Below are positions 58,154 to 64,000 of a DNA stretch of 64,000 bases, piece after piece. The DNA is from Candidatus Binatia bacterium (lineage in GTDB: Bacteria > Desulfobacterota > Binatia > Bin18). The translations under genes and the position numbers were made by a program. The stretch covers positions 480,001 to 544,000 of the forward strand of contig OY761159.2 in assembly GCA_963664395.2 (NCBI GenBank). Reading direction: 5' to 3'. The stretch's first letter is position 1; every line of letters starts with the position of its first letter. A model generated the notes under the pieces. That model was not told where the DNA came from. It did no database searches and saw only the letters and a program-made list of their open reading frames with translations.

Positions 58154-58182
58154 AGATGTGGGAGGAGTAAGGAGGTCACACT

Positions 58183-58401
58183 ATGCGGGATACCGAAGAG
58201 TATGAGGGCTTTTACATTGAGCCGCGCTCGAAACAACTCGATAGCGGCGAGTGGAAACCGGTAGCCCGGGTCTTTCGATTAATCGATGGAGTGGTTGATG
58301 AATTTTATCCGCTCCGGGAAACCGAGCAAACTTTTGCCAGCGAGGAAGAAGCCGACGGGTATGCCCTTCGGACCGGTAAAGAGTGGGTGGACCGTAATTA
58401 G
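58183..58401 (+). CDS. Small hypothetical protein
   Basis: 72 aa; strong AAGGAGG RBS; F.SEEEA...A...GKEWVD pattern. Confidence 0.65.
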   Translation: MRDTEEYEGFYIEPRSKQLDSGEWKPVARVFRLIDGVVDEFYPLRETEQTFASEEEADGYALRTGKEWVDRN

Positions 58402-58510
58402 CTCGATTGGGGAGGTCGTGGGAGACGGCCGGCTGAGTCAGGGCAGATTGCAGTAACACAGGTATTATTAACCCCTAACCAATTAACCCCTAACCAACAA
58501 AGGAGGCAGT

Positions 58511-58813
58511 ATGGCGTATGTATTTGCACACATCAAACTTCGGGCGGGCAAGGTCCAGAAATTCACCGAAATGCTCAGCTCGCTGGCACCGCTGGTGGAA
58601 AAACACGGCGGCTGGAAGCTCCACGGGAGTTATTTCAACGTCATCGGTCGTTTGAACACCGTGGTTGACGTGTGGGAGGTGCCGGATGCCAACTCGGTCC
58701 AGACCACCCTGGAAATCGCGTCTCAGGACTCCGAATTCCAGAAATGGGTGCCCGTGATTGAAGAATGTATTGAAGATGAAACCTTGCAGGTGATGTCGAA
58801 ATTGCCGGTATAA
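58511..58813 (+). CDS. NIPSNAP-like dimeric alpha-beta barrel protein
   Basis: AGGAGG RBS; GWKLHGSY...GRLNTVVDVWE. Confidence 0.7.
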   Translation: MAYVFAHIKLRAGKVQKFTEMLSSLAPLVEKHGGWKLHGSYFNVIGRLNTVVDVWEVPDANSVQTTLEIASQDSEFQKWVPVIEECIEDETLQVMSKLPV

Positions 58814-58879
58814 GCTTTGGAAGGGGTTAGGTAAGAATCGAGGAGGGCTGCGCTCCTAGTTTTGCTGAATACCCCTTAT

Positions 58880-58958
58880 CCCTTCGACAAGCCTGTCTTG
58901 AGCGCAGTTGAAAGGCCCAGGGCAGGCTCTGTCCCTCTCCCCTGGTGGGAGAGGGGGT
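58880..58958. repeat. Composite REP-like element (CTTCGACAAGC unit plus CCCTCTCCC/GGGAGAGGG hairpin)
   Basis: Same two repeat types as at 24109-24333, lying between convergent genes. Confidence 0.6.
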
Positions 58959-58982
58959 CTGTACGGTAGGGTGGACGAGTGA

Positions 58983-60380
58983 CTAAATCTTCGGGCCGGT
59001 CATTTCCTCTGGCCGCACCCACTCTTCATATTGTTCAGCGGTTACGTGGCCAAGCGCCAAGGCTGCTTCCCGCAGATTCGTCCCGTCTTTGTGTGCCTTC
59101 TTGGCAATCTCGGCTGCCTTCTCATACCCGATATGCGGGTTGAGCGCCGTCACTGTCATCAAAGAGCGCCCCAGGTGCTCCTCAATCGTTGGCAGGTTGG
59201 GCTCGATACCGACCGCGCAGTGGTCGTTGAAGGCGCCACACGCGTCAGCGATGAGCTGAATGGACTCGAGGAGATTGTGGACCATCACTGGCTTAAAGAC
59301 ATTCAGCTGAAAGTTGCCCTGTGAACCAGCAAAGGCAACGGCCGCGTCGTTACCGAACACCTGCACGGCCACCATCGTTATTGCTTCCGGCTGCGTCGGG
59401 TTGACTTTGCCCGGCATGATGGAGGAACCTGGTTCGTTCTCCGGAATCAGTATCTCTCCAATCCCTGCCCGCGGTCCACACGCCAGCCAGCGCACATCAT
59501 TCGCGATCTTCATCAATGCCCCTGCCAGGGTCCGCAGCGATGCACTGGCTGTGACCATAGCGTCATGAGCGGACAAGGAGGCAAATTTATTCGGCGCCGA
59601 AATGAATGGCCGTCCAGTCTCCGCCGCCATCTTGGCTGCGGCCAAGTCGCCAAACTTGGGATGTGCGTTTAAGCCGGTGCCGACCGCCGTTCCGCCAATT
59701 GCCAACTCACACAGCCCAGGAATCGTCCGCCGCACTCCGTCGAGGGCTGCATCCAGCTGAGCGGCCCAGCCGCCAATCTCCTGTCCAAGCGTAATCGGCG
59801 TGGCATCTTGCAAATGCGTGCGGCCAACCTTCACCACGTTTTTAAATTGCTCAGACTTGGCATGCAGCGTGTTGCGTAATTGGCTGACGGCAGGAATAAG
59901 GACGTCTTCGAGTTGCTCAACCGTAGCGATGTGCATGGCCGTTGGAAACGTATCATTTGAACTCTGCCCGCGGTTCACATCGTCATTGGGGTGGATCGGC
60001 TTCTTTGACCCCATCTCGCCACCCGCCAGTTCGATGGCCCGATTCGAGATCACCTCGTTCGCATTCATATTGGTCTGAGTACCCGAGCCAGTCTGAAAGA
60101 CAACCAGGGGGAAGTGATCATCCAGAGCACCAGAGATCACTTCGTCCGCCGCCCGAACGATCAAGTCTACCTTCTCCTGGGGGAGTTGTCCCAATTCACC
60201 ATTGGCTAAAGCCGCACCCTTTTTGAGCACACCGAGGGCGCGGAGGATAGGCCGAGTGAAACGGAAACGCTCAACGCCGATAGGGAAGTTTGTCCGCGAG
60301 CGCTGGGTCTGTGCACCCCAGTATCGGTCGGCAGAGACTTCGACTGCTCCCATGCTATCCGTTTCGATTCTCGTTTTCAT
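58983..60380 (-). CDS. fumC: Class II fumarate hydratase
   Basis: [35 protein letters not shown] and [11 protein letters not shown]. Confidence 0.95.
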   Translation of the reverse strand: MKTRIETDSMGAVEVSADRYWGAQTQRSRTNFPIGVERFRFTRPILRALGVLKKGAALANGELGQLPQEKVDLIVRAADEVISGALDDHFPLVVFQTGSGTQTNMNANEVISNRAIELAGGEMGSKKPIHPNDDVNRGQSSNDTFPTAMHIATVEQLEDVLIPAVSQLRNTLHAKSEQFKNVVKVGRTHLQDATPITLGQEIGGWAAQLDAALDGVRRTIPGLCELAIGGTAVGTGLNAHPKFGDLAAAKMAAETGRPFISAPNKFASLSAHDAMVTASASLRTLAGALMKIANDVRWLACGPRAGIGEILIPENEPGSSIMPGKVNPTQPEAITMVAVQVFGNDAAVAFAGSQGNFQLNVFKPVMVHNLLESIQLIADACGAFNDHCAVGIEPNLPTIEEHLGRSLMTVTALNPHIGYEKAAEIAKKAHKDGTNLREAALALGHVTAEQYEEWVRPEEMTGPKI

Positions 60381-60394
60381 ACACAGCCCTTCGC

Positions 60395-60742
60395 TTAAAT
60401 CGCCACGAGGACAAAGACAGTCGCCACCGTGCCAATAACAGCCGCCCCATAGCATATAACCGCGATAGGCGTCTGATACCCTCTCCAACCCGTATCATAC
60501 AGAGTATGCCGGATGCGGTGAAAACAGTGGAAGAAAGGCAAAGAGAGCAGGACGAACAGGTAGAGCTTGGTGAGCGGATGGGAGACCAAAGCGTGCATCC
60601 GATGTCCAAACGCCTCCGCTGACACCCAGCCAAGAGGAACCGCTATCCCAGTCAGCACGACATGAATCGGCACCAGGAGGGCGACGACCATCCCCCCAGC
60701 CGAAAAGAGAGACCACCAAAAGGCTTCAGCTGACTTGGCCAT
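60395..60742 (-). CDS. frdD: Fumarate reductase membrane anchor subunit D
   Basis: WWSLFSAGG and [12 protein letters not shown]; position in the operon. Confidence 0.85.
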   Translation of the reverse strand: MAKSAEAFWWSLFSAGGMVVALLVPIHVVLTGIAVPLGWVSAEAFGHRMHALVSHPLTKLYLFVLLSLPFFHCFHRIRHTLYDTGWRGYQTPIAVICYGAAVIGTVATVFVLVAI

Positions 60743-60746
60743 GTCT

Positions 60747-61136
60747 TCAGCTCCCCACGACGATCCACACGATGACAACCGAGACAGCCAGCCACGCAAC
60801 ATAGTGGGAGCCGGCGATAAAGATTGGCGCGACCTGCTCTTCTCCCCGCCGCACGATGATGACTTGTGGGGTCAGGTTGAACCAGGTGATGCTGTGGTAG
60901 AGCGCAGCAATCAGCACCAGCAGATGGAAGACAATCCACCCTGGTGACGCCAGCCGCTCGACAAATGCCGTATAGGCCTCAGCCCCCTGCGCAAGCTGGG
61001 CAAGCTGGATGAGGTATACGACTAAAAAGGCAGCAATCAACACGCTGGTCAGCTCGCGCAGCATGAAGAGCACATAATTGCGCTTGCTCAGCCACCACGT
61101 CGTAGAGGATATCGGGCGTCGGTACGGTTCACTCAT
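60747..61136 (-). CDS. frdC: Fumarate reductase membrane anchor subunit C
   Basis: PYRRP...WW, FMLRELT and [12 protein letters not shown]. Confidence 0.87.
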   Translation of the reverse strand: MSEPYRRPISSTTWWLSKRNYVLFMLRELTSVLIAAFLVVYLIQLAQLAQGAEAYTAFVERLASPGWIVFHLLVLIAALYHSITWFNLTPQVIIVRRGEEQVAPIFIAGSHYVAWLAVSVVIVWIVVGS

Positions 61137-61879
61137 TGCGATCCTCTCGGCATGAGCACAGACTTGAACCAGTCAATCGCTCCTGAGACCTTGGCCTGCT
61201 GGATCGCACCGGCTGGGTCCACGTCCTTGGGGCAGACTACAGAACACTCACTCACAAAGGTGCATTGCCACACCCCTTCATGCTGTGAGATCACCTCTCG
61301 CCTCGCATCCTGGCCCTGATCACGCGAGTCGAGGTTGTAGCGCTGGGCCAGGGCAATCGCCGCCGGGCCAATAAAGGAGGGGTCCAGCCCATACACGGGG
61401 CAGGCGGCGTAGCACAGCATGCAGTTGATACACATGCTGAACTGTTTATAGGTGGCGAGTTCGGCGGGGCTCTGCAAATATTCACCCTCAGAAACTGGTT
61501 TCTCTTGGTCGCGGATGATCCACGGCTGGACATCTTTGAGCTTGGCCATGAAGTCATCCATGTTAATGACTAGGTCACGCTCGACCGGAAAATTCGCCAG
61601 CGGTTCGACACGGATTGGTGCCGGGTAGTAGTCTCTGAGGAAGGCCGCGCAGCTGAGCTTCGGCTCGCCATTAATCATCATGCCACAGCTGCCGCACACG
61701 CCCATACGGCAAGACCAGCGGTAGGATAAACTGCCGTCCACCTCATCCTTAAGATAGTTGAGCGCATCCAGGACAACCCAATCCTCGCGGTACGGCGCAG
61801 TATAGGTCTGGAAGGTCGGTTCTTGCTCGATCTCTGGCCGGTACCGGAAAACCTCGAGCGTGATGCTGGGCTCAGCCAT
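61133..61879 (-). CDS. frdB: Fumarate reductase iron-sulfur subunit
   Basis: [25 protein letters not shown] and [13 protein letters not shown]. Confidence 0.9.
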   Translation of the reverse strand: MAEPSITLEVFRYRPEIEQEPTFQTYTAPYREDWVVLDALNYLKDEVDGSLSYRWSCRMGVCGSCGMMINGEPKLSCAAFLRDYYPAPIRVEPLANFPVERDLVINMDDFMAKLKDVQPWIIRDQEKPVSEGEYLQSPAELATYKQFSMCINCMLCYAACPVYGLDPSFIGPAAIALAQRYNLDSRDQGQDARREVISQHEGVWQCTFVSECSVVCPKDVDPAGAIQQAKVSGAIDWFKSVLMPRGSQ

Positions 61880-61881
61880 GA

Positions 61882-63636
61882 CTAATCTCCATACTTTCGT
61901 TCAGCAGGGGGCCAGCGGGTGATCACGACATCCAGATACTCGATGCGTGGCGGGCCATCTGTGCGGTGCGCCAAGGAGTGGGCCAGGAACTTGTCGTCAT
62001 CACGCTTGGGGTAATCAGTGCGCTGATGAGAGCCGCGCGACTCTGTCCGTGCTAAAGCAGAATACACAACAGTCTCAGCCACGTCGAGCATGCATTCCAG
62101 CTCCAGCGCTGCGGTCAACTCGGTGTTAAACGTCAAACTGTGATCATCAAGGGTGATATTGGCAAATCGCTCCTTGAGCTCAGACACCTTGTTACACGTC
62201 TCTTTAAGCGACGCCTCCGTGCGATACATGCCAGCCCCTGCCTCCATGGTCGCCGTCATCTCTGTGCGTAGGCTGGCGATACGCTCGGTGCCATCCGTCT
62301 TGTTGATGAACTGCTTCTGGATGCGCGCTTGCTCGTCTTTGGCTTGGGCCTCGAGGGCCGGCGCGTCACACGCTGGCTGTTCTTGCACAAACGTTGCGGC
62401 GGCACGGCCGGCCCGGGCGCCAAACACCAACAGCTCGGTGAGCGAGTTTGAGCCAAGCCGGTTGGCCCCATTGATGCTGACACACGCGCACTCGCCAGCG
62501 GCGAAGAAGCCTGGCAGTGGGGTCGCCGTCTCGATATCTGTATGGATCCCACCCATCATATAGTGCACCACCGGACGGACCGGAATGGGCTCATACACTG
62601 GGTCGATGCCTGCGTAGCTCTTGGACAGCTCGCGTACAAAGGGGATCTTCTTGTCGATCTTTTGCTCCCCTAGATGACGGATGTCGAGATACACCACGTC
62701 ACCGTACGGTCCCGGTATCGTGTTGCCCTTGTCATGCTCTTTGACAAAACACTGCGACAGCTTGTCCCGTGGACCGAGCTCCATCGTCCGTTTCTGCGGA
62801 TGGTTCGGGTCATTCACATCAAGCGGCTTGCCGAGATCGTAGTCCTGCAGGTAGCGGTAGCCGTTCTTATTGACGAGAATTCCCCCCTCGCCACGAGCGG
62901 CCTCGGTGATCAGAATCCCTGTCCCTGGCAAGCCGGTAGGATGGTACTGGACGAACTCCATGTCTTTGAGCGGCACTCCAGCCCGGTAGGCCAAGGCCAT
63001 GCCATCGCCGGTCTTGATGGAGCCGTTGGTCGTAAAGGGAAAGATCCGACCAGCCCCGCCTGTACACATAATAACTGCCTTGGCGAGAACTGGCTGCACC
63101 ATACCACTGCGCAGCTCAACCGCCGTCACTCCCTGGCAGCGACCGTTTTCCACTAGTAGTGTAGTAGCAAAATACTCGTCATAGCGCCTGATGGTGGTGT
63201 ACTTAAGGGACGTTTGGAACAGCGCGTGAAGCAGGTGGAAACCGGTCTTGTCGGCAGCAAACCAGGTCCGCTCGATCCGCATCCCGCCAAACGGGCGTAC
63301 GGCAATACTGCCGTCGGGCTCGCGGCTCCAGGGGCACCCCCAGTGCTCCAATTGGATGAGCTCGGCTGGGGCTTCGTTGACAAAGAGCTCGACCGCATCC
63401 TGGTCCGCCATCCAGTCGGAGCCAGTAATCGTATCGTTAATATGGTCTTCCAGGCTGTCATTCTCTTTAATGACGGCGGCCGTGCCGCCCTCAGCCGCAA
63501 CCGTATGGCTCCGCATCGGGTAGACTTTGGAGACGAGCGCGATGTCAAGCTGAGGGTTGATCTCGGCGGCGGCGATGGCGGCGCGGAGTCCTGCTCCTCC
63601 GCCCCCTATAATGAGTATGTCATGTACTGGTGCCAT
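61882..63636 (-). CDS. frdA: Fumarate reductase flavoprotein subunit
   Basis: [30 protein letters not shown] and [10 protein letters not shown]. Confidence 0.92.
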   Translation of the reverse strand: MAPVHDILIIGGGGAGLRAAIAAAEINPQLDIALVSKVYPMRSHTVAAEGGTAAVIKENDSLEDHINDTITGSDWMADQDAVELFVNEAPAELIQLEHWGCPWSREPDGSIAVRPFGGMRIERTWFAADKTGFHLLHALFQTSLKYTTIRRYDEYFATTLLVENGRCQGVTAVELRSGMVQPVLAKAVIMCTGGAGRIFPFTTNGSIKTGDGMALAYRAGVPLKDMEFVQYHPTGLPGTGILITEAARGEGGILVNKNGYRYLQDYDLGKPLDVNDPNHPQKRTMELGPRDKLSQCFVKEHDKGNTIPGPYGDVVYLDIRHLGEQKIDKKIPFVRELSKSYAGIDPVYEPIPVRPVVHYMMGGIHTDIETATPLPGFFAAGECACVSINGANRLGSNSLTELLVFGARAGRAAATFVQEQPACDAPALEAQAKDEQARIQKQFINKTDGTERIASLRTEMTATMEAGAGMYRTEASLKETCNKVSELKERFANITLDDHSLTFNTELTAALELECMLDVAETVVYSALARTESRGSHQRTDYPKRDDDKFLAHSLAHRTDGPPRIEYLDVVITRWPPAERKYGD

Positions 63637-63724
63637 ACTTTCCCTTACGCTTGCTTGTCCTGAGCTTCATCAATACGGAGATGAAAGCACTTCTACTTCG
63701 TCCAGATTATCTATTCTACTGGCA

Positions 63725-64000
63725 CTATGCGCTTTGCGCCAACACATTGTCCATCGCTGCAATCAGTTCCTGCACATGACTGACCGACCCCTGCATCTCC
63801 TGCTTCTCCTTGTCGCTCAACGCAATGTCCACGACCCGCTCGACACCCCCGGCGCCGATGCTCACTGGCACGCCAAAATACACGCCCTCAATCCCGTACT
63901 CTCCTTCGAGGTAGGCCGCGCAGGGCAGAATCTGCTTCTTGTCGTACAGGTACGCCTCAGTCATCTGAATCGCTGCCGAAGCCGGAGAATAGAATGCCGA
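63725..64000 (-). CDS. mdh: Malate dehydrogenase (3' part; 5' end lies outside the window)
   Basis: SAFYSPASAAIQM.EAYL.DKK.ILPCAAYLEGEYG..GVYFGVPV.IG.GGVE is LDH-like MDH; it lies upstream of frdA. Confidence 0.85.
   Translation of the reverse strand, partial: SAFYSPASAAIQMTEAYLYDKKQILPCAAYLEGEYGIEGVYFGVPVSIGAGGVERVVDIALSDKEKQEMQGSVSHVQELIAAMDNVLAQSA

Noticed and set aside
1-64000. CRISPR array, tRNA, rRNA, integrase or transposase
   Set aside because: I recognised no regularly spaced repeat-spacer array, tRNA cloverleaf or recombinase motif. A manual read could miss degenerate cases.

Overview
GC-rich bacterial window. It has many luciferase-like (LLM) oxidoreductases, acyl-CoA dehydrogenases and secreted Cys-rich proteins, loosely suggestive of a Binatia/Deltaproteobacteria-like organism, possibly host-associated (weak inference). 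The left arm (1-15 kb) carries lspA, RidA, YcgN, an LLM enzyme, an ABC/FtsX-lipocalin operon and an RND efflux operon. The right end carries mdh(partial)-frdABCD-fumC. The middle (~15-58 kb) is a mosaic accessory region with no integrase, transposase, tRNA or CRISPR array visible. It mixes aromatic-catabolism genes (VAO/PchF-like flavoprotein, NahC-like extradiol dioxygenase, two-subunit hydroquinone dioxygenase, PhzS-like monooxygenase) with defence-like genes and many gene fragments. Four main observations: (1) a serial 'stub of gene X - cargo - intact gene X' architecture, seen clearly twice (MaoC; LLM) and probably a third time; (2) an HTH + gamma-class adenine methyltransferase + separate PD-(D/E)XK nuclease cassette inside the first module; (3) a ~1,260-aa nuclease-STAND NTPase (Avs-like) gene split by a frameshift in a G8 tract; (4) a glutaredoxin-like gene missed by the ORF track, with an in-frame UGA in a UxxC motif followed by a SECIS-like hairpin. 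All product calls come from motif recognition by eye, not from database searches.
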